A stretch of DNA of 64,000 bases from Sneathiella sp. (GTDB lineage Bacteria > Pseudomonadota > Alphaproteobacteria > Sneathiellales > Sneathiellaceae): the NCBI GenBank assembly GCA_016764355.1, contig JAESSA010000009.1:1524-65523 (forward strand), in the 5' to 3' direction. The translations under genes and the position numbers were made by a program. Below are positions 1 to 10,804 of the stretch, piece by piece. The notes under the pieces are model-generated. The model made no database searches. It saw nothing but the letters and a program-made list of their open reading frames with translations, and had not been told where the DNA came from. The number at the start of each line of letters is the position of its first letter. Position 1 is the first letter of the stretch.

Positions 1-751
<751 letters not shown>

Positions 752-781
752 CTATATCTACAAAATGTTGGTTCGTGAAGT

Positions 782-805
782 AAAAGAGGCGGGAATTATC
801 CCGCC
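782..805 (-). terminator. Probable intrinsic terminator after secG
   Basis: GGCGGGA-ATTA-TCCCGCC hairpin (788-805) followed on the minus strand by UCUUUU. Confidence 0.65.
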
Positions 806-828
806 CAGTGAAATTATATGTCTTTATT

Positions 829-1143
829 CTAATTGGACAGCGGCGCAGCAGGCGCCGATGGAGCCGCTGGAGTAGTTTCCACCGGTTGGTCCAAAATAGA
901 AATTGGAGCAGCATGATCTCCGCTCACTACAGCCAGCAAAATGCTTGTTGCAAAAAATGCTGCAGCTAGAATAGCAGTTGTTCTTGAAAGTAAATTTGCA
1001 GCACCGCGGCCTGTCATGACACCGCCGCCGCCGCCGCCGCCACCACCTATACCAAGCGCACCGCCTTCAGAACGTTGTACAAGGACAACGCCAATCAAAA
1101 ATACGGCGATTATAATATGAACGACTAACAGGACTGTTTCCAT
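829..1143 (-). CDS. secG: Preprotein translocase subunit SecG
   Basis: METVLLVVHIIIAVFLIGVVLVQRSEGGALG...GAANLLSRTTAILAAAF, two TM helices. Start moved to the ATG at 1143. Confidence 0.95.
   Translation of the reverse strand: METVLLVVHIIIAVFLIGVVLVQRSEGGALGIGGGGGGGGGVMTGRGAANLLSRTTAILAAAFFATSILLAVVSGDHAAPISILDQPVETTPAAPSAPAAPLSN
1021..1047. repeat. In-frame Gly-codon run, (GCC)6 on the plus strand, encoding Gly9 in SecG
   Basis: acc(gcc)6accacc read directly from the sequence. Confidence 0.85.
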
Positions 1144-1254
1144 GGAGCCAATTTTTCCCGGAGCATACAAGTGGATAAACCACTTTAGATTTCAAGCACA
1201 ATTGAACGGCTTCTACACCAATCCAAAAAAGATTACCAGTCTAATTTGACACCC

Positions 1255-2016
1255 TTAGATGCAGGTTTCAACAATAGGCCAGAAATCTGCGGCTTTTAAG
1301 CTAGCCCCACCGACAAGAGCGCCATTGACATGCTCAAGTGCCATCAGTTCAGACGCATTACTTCCCTTCACGGAACCACCATAAAGAAGACGCATATTAT
1401 CTGCATCGCTCAAAATTCCTTGAAGGTCTTTGCGTATATGGGCATGAACTTCGGCAACATCTGAAGGTGTTGGCGTTTTTCCGGTCCCAATTGCCCAGAC
1501 AGGCTCATAAGCGACGACTGTATTTTTAGCAGTGGCGCCTTTTGGGAGTGAGTTTTTCACCTGATCAGTTATGACCGTCAGTGTTTTTCCTTGCTCCCGC
1601 TCCTCCAAAGTCTCCCCAACACAAACGACTGCAATCAAATTAGACGCCAATGCAGATTCTGCCTTGGCTTTTACCATCCCATTTGTCTCGTTATGATCTG
1701 TCCTGCGTTCTGAATGACCAACCAAACAGTATGTTGCCCCCGTATCTGCAATCATGTTCGCCGAGAGATCACCAGTATGAGCTCCCTTTTCAGCGGAATG
1801 ACAATCCTGACCACCGATTGAAACAACTGATCCCGCAGCGATAGAGGACATTTCGCGAAGAAAGGTCGCGGGGGGACAAATAAGTACATCGCAATTGGCA
1901 TTCCCAATGGAGTTGGTTTTTTCGATCAATGCTTTTAATTGAGCGCCTGATTCATCAGACAAACCATTCATTTTCCAGTTGCCAGCTATTAAAGGACGTA
2001 CAGTGTTGCTCATCAT
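1255..2016 (-). CDS. tpiA: Triosephosphate isomerase
   Basis: AGNWKMN, GHSERR, AYEPVWAIGTG, YGGSV and LVGGASL motifs. Start uncertain (2013, 2016 or 2025). Confidence 0.98.
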   Translation of the reverse strand: MMSNTVRPLIAGNWKMNGLSDESGAQLKALIEKTNSIGNANCDVLICPPATFLREMSSIAAGSVVSIGGQDCHSAEKGAHTGDLSANMIADTGATYCLVGHSERRTDHNETNGMVKAKAESALASNLIAVVCVGETLEEREQGKTLTVITDQVKNSLPKGATAKNTVVAYEPVWAIGTGKTPTPSDVAEVHAHIRKDLQGILSDADNMRLLYGGSVKGSNASELMALEHVNGALVGGASLKAADFWPIVETCI

Positions 2017-2207
2017 TCCTCGCAAATATCTATGTAGTAGTCATTTTCGGTTACTTATGTGCTCATATGCCATTTTTTTTTGAAGAAAGATACTGCATAA
2101 CAAAATTCCGTGTTGCCCGATCCGGCCTCTACCCCCTATCATGGCGAAAAGCTGCGGGGGCTGACTTCGTTGCATTAGATTTAACGATATTTAATTGATG
2201 GTAAATT

Positions 2208-4094
2208 ATGCTTGAAGCCATGCGTAAAGGAGCCGGTGGATGGCTCGCAAAAGGAATGTTAGGACTTCTAGTCTTGAGCTTTGGTGCTTGGGGCATCGGC
2301 GGTGATATGCTGGGGAGTTCTGTGGGAGCCAATATCATCGAGGTTGGCGATAAAACTGTCACCATTGGCGAGTTCCAACGACAATATCAAATTCGCCTTA
2401 ACCAGCTCTCTCAATATGTGGGCCGTCAGCTTACGACGGAACAAGCGAGACAGTTTGGTGTTGCCCAATCGACAATTTTTCAACTGCAAACCAGTTTGCT
2501 TGAATCAGAACGGGCAAATCAGCTTAATTTAAGTGTTGATGACAATATCGTTCTGACGGATATCAGAACCGGCCCAACATTCAAAAATAGTGCAGGCCAA
2601 TTTGATCGCTTCCGTTTTCAAGACATACTGCGTCGCAACGGATATTCTGAAGGCGAATATGTGGAAGTTCTGCGCGGGGAAATTCAACGCCGGCAACTGA
2701 CAGCCAGCATGACGCTACCTGATGATAAAACACCATCTGTATTGGTAAATACTCTATTTGCCTATTCAGGCGAAAAACGTAGTGCCGAGTATGTTGAAAT
2801 TCTGGACGCAAATATTGCAGGTGTTCCAACGCCAACAGATGATCAACTAACAGCCTACATTAAAGACAATGTGGCCTCCTTCACATCTCCTGAATACAGA
2901 AAAGCGGTTTTCCTTAATCTAACACCGTCTAGTTTTACAGAGGGCGTTACGGTTACGGATGAGGAGCTGAATGCGGAATTTGAAGGTCGAGGCAGCGAAT
3001 TCAACGAACCTGAGAAACGTGCAATTCTTCAAATGATTTTTGAAAATGAAGATGCTGCAAAGGTTGCTGTTACAAAAATTTCCTCCGGCGCAGATTTCGC
3101 AAACGTTGCAAAAGAAGAATTACAACTAACACCTGCCGATATCGATTTGGGTGAGATTACGCGTAACGATTTACTTGAAGAGTTACAGGAACCTGTTTTC
3201 TCTGTCGCTACTAATGGTGTGACCTTCCCTGTTAAAACCGTTCTGGGGTGGCATTTGGTCAAGGTTACAGGCATTACAGCAGGCACGAATAAAACTCTGG
3301 CAGATGTGAAAGACATACTTCAAAAAGATATTGCCCTTCGTAAGGGGGCGGAAATCATGTTTGAAAAAGCAACTGCCTTGCAAGATGAATTTGCTGGCGG
3401 CGCGACTGTTGAAGAGGCTGCTGCTGCTACAAGTCTAAAAATTTCAACGACTGACTGGGTGGACATTTCTTCTAAAGATGAAAATGGCAACATCGTCAAA
3501 GATCTTCCCGCGGCCTCTGAATTCATGCCTGAATTATTTGACAAGACTAAAGACACTGAAATCGATCTGTCGGAAACAGCCGCGGGTTTGTATTACGCGG
3601 TGGCTGTAACCGACATTCGTGACGCTAAATTGAAAGACCTTGATACTGTTCGGGCCGAGGCGACAACAGGGTGGCAAAAAGAATGGCGCCATACTGAAAA
3701 CAAGAAAATAGCGGAAGGATTGCTTGAAAAATTGAAGGGTGGTTCGACACTTGATCAATTGGCCAGCTCAACAGTCTCTAGCGTCCAAACAACAAGCTCC
3801 TTACGTCGTAATGAACAGAATCCAATTCTAGCTGGTGACGCGAATGCCAAATTGTATTCTTTAGGAAAGAACGACTTTAGCCTTGGTAGCAATGCCACTG
3901 GTAACGGCTATATCCTCTTTAAAGTCGCGACAATTACACCTGCTGATAAAGTCGCGGAAAAAGATACAATTTCGCGTTTGAACGAACAGCTTGCTGTTAG
4001 TATTCAGCAGGACCTTCTTGCGCAATACCAAAACTATCTTGAAAAAGAAATTGGTGTTTCAATCAAGCAGAACCTAATCCGGGAATATTTCTAA
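2208..4094 (+). CDS. ppiD: PpiD-like periplasmic chaperone (SurA N-terminal plus parvulin/rotamase domains)
   Basis: N-terminal TM anchor (LLVLSFGAWGIG), parvulin-like segment (GADFANVAKE...PVKTVLGWHLVKV), 628 aa, typical position between tpiA and trpE. Confidence 0.88.
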   Translation: MLEAMRKGAGGWLAKGMLGLLVLSFGAWGIGGDMLGSSVGANIIEVGDKTVTIGEFQRQYQIRLNQLSQYVGRQLTTEQARQFGVAQSTIFQLQTSLLESERANQLNLSVDDNIVLTDIRTGPTFKNSAGQFDRFRFQDILRRNGYSEGEYVEVLRGEIQRRQLTASMTLPDDKTPSVLVNTLFAYSGEKRSAEYVEILDANIAGVPTPTDDQLTAYIKDNVASFTSPEYRKAVFLNLTPSSFTEGVTVTDEELNAEFEGRGSEFNEPEKRAILQMIFENEDAAKVAVTKISSGADFANVAKEELQLTPADIDLGEITRNDLLEELQEPVFSVATNGVTFPVKTVLGWHLVKVTGITAGTNKTLADVKDILQKDIALRKGAEIMFEKATALQDEFAGGATVEEAAAATSLKISTTDWVDISSKDENGNIVKDLPAASEFMPELFDKTKDTEIDLSETAAGLYYAVAVTDIRDAKLKDLDTVRAEATTGWQKEWRHTENKKIAEGLLEKLKGGSTLDQLASSTVSSVQTTSSLRRNEQNPILAGDANAKLYSLGKNDFSLGSNATGNGYILFKVATITPADKVAEKDTISRLNEQLAVSIQQDLLAQYQNYLEKEIGVSIKQNLIREYF

Positions 4095-4098
4095 TACT

Positions 4099-5616
4099 AT
4101 GTCTATTCAGCCATCATTTTCTGATTTTTCCGAAAACTTTAATGCGGGAAAGTCGCAAATTCTATGGACAACTTTAGTCGCTGATTTGGAAACTCCCGTC
4201 TCAGCCATGATGAAGTTGGCAGAAGGGAAATCTAATTCCTTCTTGCTGGAGTCCGTTGAAGGCGGAGCCGTCCGGGGCCGCTATTCCATCATCGGGATGA
4301 AACCAGATCTTATTTGGCGGTGTGATGGAAAAAGTGCCCGTATAAACCGTACGGCTCGATTTGATCCGGAGGCATTTGTCGCTTGCGACAAACCAGTTTT
4401 GGACAGTCTGCAGGCGCTCATCGACGAAAGTTATATTGACCTGCCCGACCATCTTCCGCCAATGGCGGCAGGACTGGTTGGGTATATGTCATATGACACC
4501 GTCCGTTTGATGGAAGATATTCCCGATAGTAATCCTAACGACTTAGGCTTACCTGATGGTATGTTCATTCGGCCAACTGTCATGGCCATATTCGATAGTA
4601 TCCTGGATGTGGTTACAATTGTGACCCCTGTCTGGCATGGTGATGGAAGGGCCGCGCAAACGGCTTATAACCTCGCGGCAGAACGTTTGTCTGATGCGGT
4701 CAATGATTTCTCTCGTAGTCTTCCTCATTCTGTTTCCACAGATATGTCACTTGAAGATTTGCCCGAACCTGTCTCCAACACCACCAAAGAAGAATACTTC
4801 GCCATGGTGGAGAAAGCCAAAGGCTACATTCGAGCCGGTGATATATTTCAGGTCGTGCCGAGCCAACGGTTCGAAATGCCGTTTACCCTGCCCTCTTTGT
4901 CTTTGTATCGTGCTTTACGTAGAACAAATCCCTCACCGTTCATGTATTATTTGAACTTCGGTGAATTCTCAATTGTTGGTTCCAGCCCGGAAATTCTCGT
5001 TCGTCTTCGGGATGAAAAAATAACAATTCGTCCAATCGCCGGAACCCGTCCGCGCGGAGCAACCCCGTCTGAAGATGCGGCTCTCGCCGAAGACCTCTTG
5101 AGTGATCCCAAAGAGCTTGCTGAACATCTTATGCTTCTCGATCTTGGCCGTAACGATGTGGGCCGGGTCGCCCGCATTGGAAGTGTTACAGTCACAGAGA
5201 AAATGCTGATCGAGAATTATTCTCACGTCATGCATATTGTCTCAAATGTCGAAGGCAAAATTGAAAAAGGCTTAACTGCCATCGACGCATTGAAAGCAGG
5301 GTTTCCTGCCGGAACCGTTTCGGGCGCACCAAAAGTTCGCGCAATGGAAATTATTGACGAATTGGAGAAATCTAAACGGGGAGTCTATGGCGGCGCCGTG
5401 GGATATTTCTCTGCCAATGGTTCGATGGACACTTGCATTGCCTTGCGTACAGCAGTTGTCAAAAAGGATACCATCTATATTCAAGCAGGTGGTGGTGTTG
5501 TAGCGGATAGCGATCCTGAAGCGGAATATCAAGAGACTATTAATAAAGCCAAAGCCCTTGTGCGCGCGGCCCAAGAAGCCGTTCGATATGCGGCAGAAGG
5601 TGGTAGAAACCGATAA
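4099..5616 (+). CDS. trpE: Anthranilate synthase component I
   Basis: LLESVEGG..RGRYS, NPSPFMY, PIAGTRPRG, EHLMLLDLGRND and GTVSGAPKVRAM motifs. Confidence 0.98.
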   Translation: MSIQPSFSDFSENFNAGKSQILWTTLVADLETPVSAMMKLAEGKSNSFLLESVEGGAVRGRYSIIGMKPDLIWRCDGKSARINRTARFDPEAFVACDKPVLDSLQALIDESYIDLPDHLPPMAAGLVGYMSYDTVRLMEDIPDSNPNDLGLPDGMFIRPTVMAIFDSILDVVTIVTPVWHGDGRAAQTAYNLAAERLSDAVNDFSRSLPHSVSTDMSLEDLPEPVSNTTKEEYFAMVEKAKGYIRAGDIFQVVPSQRFEMPFTLPSLSLYRALRRTNPSPFMYYLNFGEFSIVGSSPEILVRLRDEKITIRPIAGTRPRGATPSEDAALAEDLLSDPKELAEHLMLLDLGRNDVGRVARIGSVTVTEKMLIENYSHVMHIVSNVEGKIEKGLTAIDALKAGFPAGTVSGAPKVRAMEIIDELEKSKRGVYGGAVGYFSANGSMDTCIALRTAVVKKDTIYIQAGGGVVADSDPEAEYQETINKAKALVRAAQEAVRYAAEGGRNR

Positions 5617-5682
5617 AGAGCGGGGGAGCCTTCCCTCCTTAATTATGAAACTCGCGGGAGGCGCCTCTTCGACAAAGAGTGC

Positions 5683-7662
5683 TTATGCTTCCTGCAGGGC
5701 GCGATGACGTTTCGCCGGGAACGTTAAAGTGAAACAAGTCCCCTTACCAATCTCACTTTCAACCTCAACAGTTCCGTGATGGAAATCAGCAAAGCTTTTT
5801 ACAAGAAATAATCCAAGACCTGTCCCTCTTTTTGAGGTCACTGTTTTGTCATCCCCTAAAAAGAATGGCTCGAAAATAGTACTCAGATCTTCATGTGGAA
5901 TACCTGTACCAGTATCCATGATTTTAATAATGATATTACCGCCCTCATGTAACGCACAAAAAACAGATATTTTTTTCGATGAAGGCGTAAATTTAATAGC
6001 ATTAGAAATGAGATTATTGAGTATCTGCTGAAATCTTAAGGGGTCACCATAAAATTCTGCAATTTCGTCATTGATAACCGATTTCAGTTCTACATTTGCT
6101 TGAGTTGCAAGAAGTTGATGAAGACGTTTTGATTGATTAATAACATCGGGTAAATTGAACCAACTTTCGTGCATTGTAAATTTTCCGCATTCAATACTCG
6201 ACACATCGAGAATATTGTTGATCAACTCCAAAAGATGCTTACCGGAGAAATGAATATCACTCGAATATTCCTTATACTTGTCGTGGCCTATTTTTCCGTA
6301 AATCTCCCCTTTGAGGACCTCTGAAAATCCAATTATTGCATTTAACGGGGTTCGTAAATCGTGCCCCATATTTCCAAGAAATTGACTTTTCACTCTATTG
6401 GACATCAACGCTTCTTCTCGTTGTTCGCGCAGTTTTTGTTCCACTGCCTCCATGGACTGTATGTTTCGTTTAAAAACTTCAGTCGCCTTAACAATGGTTT
6501 CTATCTCAGTGCTTTTTACCTTTTTAGGTAACTTTATATTCAATTCATTGCGCGATAGTTTTTCAATAGCATCAGTCACCATCACTAATGGTTCAGTTAT
6601 CCTTAAACTGAGAAAGAAAGCCAAAATGGTAGAAAGAGACAAAGCGAGAACCCCTAAAGTAAAATACCAATAGCCAATCCGGTCCTTTAATTTTGTTAAA
6701 ATAGATTCAATTTTTCTAAGGGATCGGTTAGCAAGCGTTGTCGGCATTCCAGTACACCCGACCCCTGCCAACAGGTCCTTCTCCAAAAAGATCTCTCTAC
6801 ACAACATATACTCATTATGATGCTCTACAATAAAAGTACCGTCCTCCGGGCCCGCTTTCATTTTATCGGCATTGTGTAAATCGTTGAGAGGAGAGAGATG
6901 TGGTGTTGCTGTTGTTACGCTTGAGTATTTTAAAGTATAAAGTGAATAATCAATTTTAGAGCGTTCTTGAATCCCAATAAATATGTCACGGAGATTCCTG
7001 ACCAGTTTCCCTAAAATCAAAAGACCAATCGGGTCACCGAAATCCGAATAAATTGTTGTTACAGTGAGCAACGCAAATTCAAAATCCACTTTATCCGAGA
7101 CCCAATCAATCCTAAGATCTCTAGCAAATTCTTTTGAAATTAAGTAGTAAGAGGAGTTAACATGTCTCACCTGGGAAGGCGTGTCTCCAGAAAGGATATC
7201 CAAGGCCTTACGAATAGGACTATCGGGTAGTTTAAACTGATTTTCTAAAGATGTTTCTGCAATATGTTCTGGGAAACTAGCAACAATATGCCCTTTAGTA
7301 TCCAATACATTGGCAAAATCAAAGACATCACTTTTGTGCCCCTTCTGAAGGTGATAATTTAGTGACCCCACCCTGCTTTTCATTATAGAAATTTGAAATT
7401 CGTTGGAACGACCAAAGCTTAATGCTAATTGTTCCATTCTTAAGGTGTGAAATTGGATTTCTCTCTCATAAACCTTAATCTCTAGACTCAAATTAAACAG
7501 AGTTTCATCTAATGAATGCTTTCGGATTTCTTCTGTTTGTTTTTTGGATGAACTTTCCCATTCCACCCAAAAGCCAATTCCGAATAAAAAAAGCGCAGCA
7601 AATAGAACCAAATTGATGGTTATTAAAAAGTGATAGCGAATAGATATTACTTTTCCAAACAT
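5683..7662 (-). CDS. Membrane sensor histidine kinase (periplasmic sensor, HAMP, HisKA, HATPase), PleC/DivJ-like DHp domain
   Basis: Two TM segments and a HAMP region. H-box HDLRTPLNAIIGFSE, N-box QILNNLISNAIKFT, DTGTGI and GTGLGL. Confidence 0.93.
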   Translation of the reverse strand: MFGKVISIRYHFLITINLVLFAALFLFGIGFWVEWESSSKKQTEEIRKHSLDETLFNLSLEIKVYEREIQFHTLRMEQLALSFGRSNEFQISIMKSRVGSLNYHLQKGHKSDVFDFANVLDTKGHIVASFPEHIAETSLENQFKLPDSPIRKALDILSGDTPSQVRHVNSSYYLISKEFARDLRIDWVSDKVDFEFALLTVTTIYSDFGDPIGLLILGKLVRNLRDIFIGIQERSKIDYSLYTLKYSSVTTATPHLSPLNDLHNADKMKAGPEDGTFIVEHHNEYMLCREIFLEKDLLAGVGCTGMPTTLANRSLRKIESILTKLKDRIGYWYFTLGVLALSLSTILAFFLSLRITEPLVMVTDAIEKLSRNELNIKLPKKVKSTEIETIVKATEVFKRNIQSMEAVEQKLREQREEALMSNRVKSQFLGNMGHDLRTPLNAIIGFSEVLKGEIYGKIGHDKYKEYSSDIHFSGKHLLELINNILDVSSIECGKFTMHESWFNLPDVINQSKRLHQLLATQANVELKSVINDEIAEFYGDPLRFQQILNNLISNAIKFTPSSKKISVFCALHEGGNIIIKIMDTGTGIPHEDLSTIFEPFFLGDDKTVTSKRGTGLGLFLVKSFADFHHGTVEVESEIGKGTCFTLTFPAKRHRALQEA

Positions 7663-7676
7663 ACAAAAGTTCCAGA

Positions 7677-8477
7677 TTAATAAGGAAGGGCTTTGCCGCT
7701 TCGTATCACCGCTTTTCCGTTATCAGAGGTAATATAATTGATAAATTTATTAACCAGACCTGTATTATTTTCATCATGAAAAATCATTGCAAGAACAAGT
7801 TCTAGAATATATCCCTCGTCAGATGGATACTTCCCTTCGAGGGATAGAACTTTTACTTCAGGGCCTCTGCTATCGGGAAAAGGTCCAAATCCAATCGCGC
7901 CAGGAACCAAGGAAACTAATTCAACACTTCGCTTTTCGCTCGTCGCGACCTTAATGAATTCTGTAAATCTTATGTTTTCAAAGGAAGCAATTTTTTTATT
8001 CAGTAATTCAGAAGAACTATCACCACGCTCCCGTCTGATGACTCGAATTTTACCGGGACTTCCACCAAACTCGGACCAGTCTTGGGCATCCCCCCGATAA
8101 ATATTCAAAATCTGCCTAATTGTTAGGTGGTTAACATCAACAGAGTTGTTTACATAGAAAACGACCGGAATACGGGCGTAAGGCATATACTTTAACCCAT
8201 ATTTTTTTTCGTTTTCTTTAATTTCACGGGCGACACGACCCAATATATTCTTTCGCTTGCCAACAAGTTTAATACCGCCAGAAGACCCGACACTGTCCGG
8301 TACGTGAATAACTTGTTCGGGATTAGCTGTTATATAATTATTTGCAAGCGCCCTTAGGACATGAGTGCCATCACCAGTGCCGACTATTGTTAAGGGTTCT
8401 GCATCTACGTTGGGTACCCATAAAAGAGCAATTAGAAGAGATATTGTTGAGAAAGTGACTTTCATTGCCTTTGACAT
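7677..8477 (-). CDS. PstS-like (PBP2 phosphate-type) periplasmic substrate-binding protein
   Basis: Signal peptide; IVGTGDGT, SVGSSGGIK and RRERGDSS motifs; IYRG..QDWSEFGG. ATG 8477 follows AAAGG (alternative start GTG 8495). Confidence 0.8.
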   Translation of the reverse strand: MSKAMKVTFSTISLLIALLWVPNVDAEPLTIVGTGDGTHVLRALANNYITANPEQVIHVPDSVGSSGGIKLVGKRKNILGRVAREIKENEKKYGLKYMPYARIPVVFYVNNSVDVNHLTIRQILNIYRGDAQDWSEFGGSPGKIRVIRRERGDSSSELLNKKIASFENIRFTEFIKVATSEKRSVELVSLVPGAIGFGPFPDSRGPEVKVLSLEGKYPSDEGYILELVLAMIFHDENNTGLVNKFINYITSDNGKAVIRSGKALPY

Positions 8478-8716
8478 CAATATACCTTTCCTCACCCTTC
8501 TTAAAATCGAGAAAGTCGATCCACTGGAAATTTGTTAACATAATCCAGTAAATTTATTAATTATTATATAAATAACTTTCTAATATAAAAATGATTTTGG
8601 AATTTCATTGTATAAACGCTACCACTGGCTGTTTAGTTGACGTTTTTACAGTCCATTTAAGCGAGTTTATTCACCCTTTTCGTTTAATTTTTATTATTTT
8701 CAAACGTTAAGAAGTG

Positions 8717-9877
8717 TCAATTTTGGCGATCATGAATTTGTGTTAGGGCTACGCTAATTGGAATGAAATGAAACCCTTTTTCGACAGCCTCTGGCATCCA
8801 TTTGGACAAAGCTGAGATTGTCTCTAAATGTGGGTGCCCTATCGCTATGGCAATCCCGTTCTTAAGTGCTAGAGCCTCTACTGTTCTCAATTGTTTTAAA
8901 ATGGATGGCTCGTTAATCTCATTATCAATAAAAACGTCCCGATTTGCTGTGGGCACGTTACGTGCTTTTGCAAGCTCATAACCTTTTGATCCAGGAATAG
9001 TTCGGCTGTCCAAAAAAAGTAGGCCTTCTTCAGACAAAACGTCCATTACAGTTGCCATTCCATCTTCAAAGGCGGTGAATTTACTTCCCATGTGGTTATT
9101 TACCCCGACGTAACCGTCAAATCGGCGCAAATTCTCAATAGTTCTTTTTCTTATTTCCTGCAAACTAAGCGAGCTTAAGAGGGCATTTGGCCCTGGATCC
9201 ACTCCGCTTCCCACAGGCTCCATGGGTAAATGAAGTAACGCTTCATGCCCTCTCTCCCGGATGATCTGAACACTTTCATTTAGTCCGGTTGCATATGGCA
9301 AGAATGCAAGTGTAATTATATTAGGAAGCTGAGCGAGCGCTTTTACTCTCCGCTTGTTCATTCCCACATCATCGATAACCATTGCAATTACAGGACGGCC
9401 ATTTGAGGGCGCCGATAAAGCTGCGAACCGCTTCCAAGGCGGTATTGTCACATTATCTTTCTGCGGCGGCAAAGAGGCAGTGGCTATACCGTCATCCTCT
9501 TCAGTCGTTATTGCTGGCGCTGTCAGATTTGTATCCGCGCTCGCCTTGTCATCCGTCTGATCATTTTGGAGCGCATTAGGAGGCTGCATTTCCGGCTTTT
9601 CGATATTATCACCCGTAAGGTTGCTTCGCTCATCCTTCTCATTCTTTGATTGCTCTTCCAAGTGAGCTGAAGCATCCGCTAGCGCGCCGTCAATTACATC
9701 TGTAGTCGGCGGATCTTTAACAGCGTTGCCGACGAGCATTCCAGTCGTAAGGCTAATGAGCAATAAGGCTGTGCAAAACACAAAAAGCTTTATAGGCGAG
9801 TCTACAAAACTATTGACCTTTTCAAGAAGAGATTGGTCACTGTCTGTTTCGGAGACTTGGGTCTTCTTATCCGCCAT
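8717..9877 (-). CDS. Divergent polysaccharide deacetylase family protein (YibQ-like), membrane anchored
   Basis: VIDDVG, LLHLPMEP, GVNNHMGSKFT, FLDSRT, RDVFIDN and AIGHPH motifs. N-terminal TM plus low-complexity linker. Confidence 0.92.
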   Translation of the reverse strand: MADKKTQVSETDSDQSLLEKVNSFVDSPIKLFVFCTALLLISLTTGMLVGNAVKDPPTTDVIDGALADASAHLEEQSKNEKDERSNLTGDNIEKPEMQPPNALQNDQTDDKASADTNLTAPAITTEEDDGIATASLPPQKDNVTIPPWKRFAALSAPSNGRPVIAMVIDDVGMNKRRVKALAQLPNIITLAFLPYATGLNESVQIIRERGHEALLHLPMEPVGSGVDPGPNALLSSLSLQEIRKRTIENLRRFDGYVGVNNHMGSKFTAFEDGMATVMDVLSEEGLLFLDSRTIPGSKGYELAKARNVPTANRDVFIDNEINEPSILKQLRTVEALALKNGIAIAIGHPHLETISALSKWMPEAVEKGFHFIPISVALTQIHDRQN

Positions 9878-10210
9878 CTAAACGCCTTGATAAATCATAA
9901 TTTAATATTAGTAACAACTTGGTTTTAAGGCAATATGAGCCGTATTCCTATCGAATTCTTAAATCATTGAAAGTGATTGGATTAGGCCTTGTAGGATGGA
10001 ATAAAGGTTTAATTATGAAGCCAAATATTCTAAATTGAGAGACTGAAATCTCCACTCTGTACAAGATCCGAAAAACAGTTAAATTATACGTGAATGTGGA
10101 CTTGATGCGTTACAAAACGAATAGAAACGACCTCGAACCGAATACAACAACACTTAACTGTTGATAAACTCTTGAAGTAACTCTTTATAAAAACTTGGCA
10201 AGATATTGAT

Positions 10211-10804
10211 ATGATAACGTTAATTGATAATTACGATAGCTTTACCTACAACCTGGTTCACTTCATGGGAGAACTTGGCGCAGATATTAAGGTTTACCGA
10301 AATGACGTAATTTCAACAAAAGATGTCCTTGCTGAAAATCCATCAGGGATCGTTTTGTCACCCGGTCCCTGCACACCTGACAAAGCTGGAATTTGTCTTG
10401 ATCTAGTTAAAAGTGCGGTAGAAGCAAAAATTCCTTTATTCGGTGTCTGCTTGGGTCATCAGTCTATTGGTCAGGCATTCGGCGGAAAAGTGGTTCGTGC
10501 AGATGAATTAATGCATGGAAAAACATCCCCTATTCAGCATACAGGCAAAGGTGTTTTTGACAGCATCCCGAATAATTTTACAGCCACCCGGTATCATTCG
10601 CTGACTGTTGAGAGGTCTAGTTTGCCCGATTGCCTAGAGATAACAGCAGAGACAGCTGATGGCGTCATCATGGGCCTCCAGCATAAAGAGTTTGCTCTTC
10701 ATGGTGTTCAGTTCCATCCGGAAAGCATAGCGTCCGAATATGGCCATACGTTATTGCTCAACTTTCTAAAACTGACAGGCGAGCCAGTTAAGGCTATTGC
10801 ATAA
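10211..10804 (+). CDS. trpG: Anthranilate synthase component II (glutamine amidotransferase)
   Basis: IDNYDSFTYNL, SPGPC, GVCLGHQ and QFHPES motifs. Confidence 0.97.
   Translation: MITLIDNYDSFTYNLVHFMGELGADIKVYRNDVISTKDVLAENPSGIVLSPGPCTPDKAGICLDLVKSAVEAKIPLFGVCLGHQSIGQAFGGKVVRADELMHGKTSPIQHTGKGVFDSIPNNFTATRYHSLTVERSSLPDCLEITAETADGVIMGLQHKEFALHGVQFHPESIASEYGHTLLLNFLKLTGEPVKAIA

Noticed and set aside
1170-1178. One-mismatch DnaA box upstream of secG
   Set aside because: Isolated and imperfect. No cluster suggesting an origin or regulatory site.
10094-10105. Tiny uORF ATG-TGG-ACT-TGA upstream of trpG as a possible trp leader
   Set aside because: Single Trp codon, no RBS, and no terminator/antiterminator hairpins.
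10154-10169. TTAA-N7-TAAAC possible CtrA site (also TTAA-N6-TTAA at 2181-2194)
   Set aside because: Mismatched or wrongly spaced, in AT-rich DNA where such matches arise by chance.
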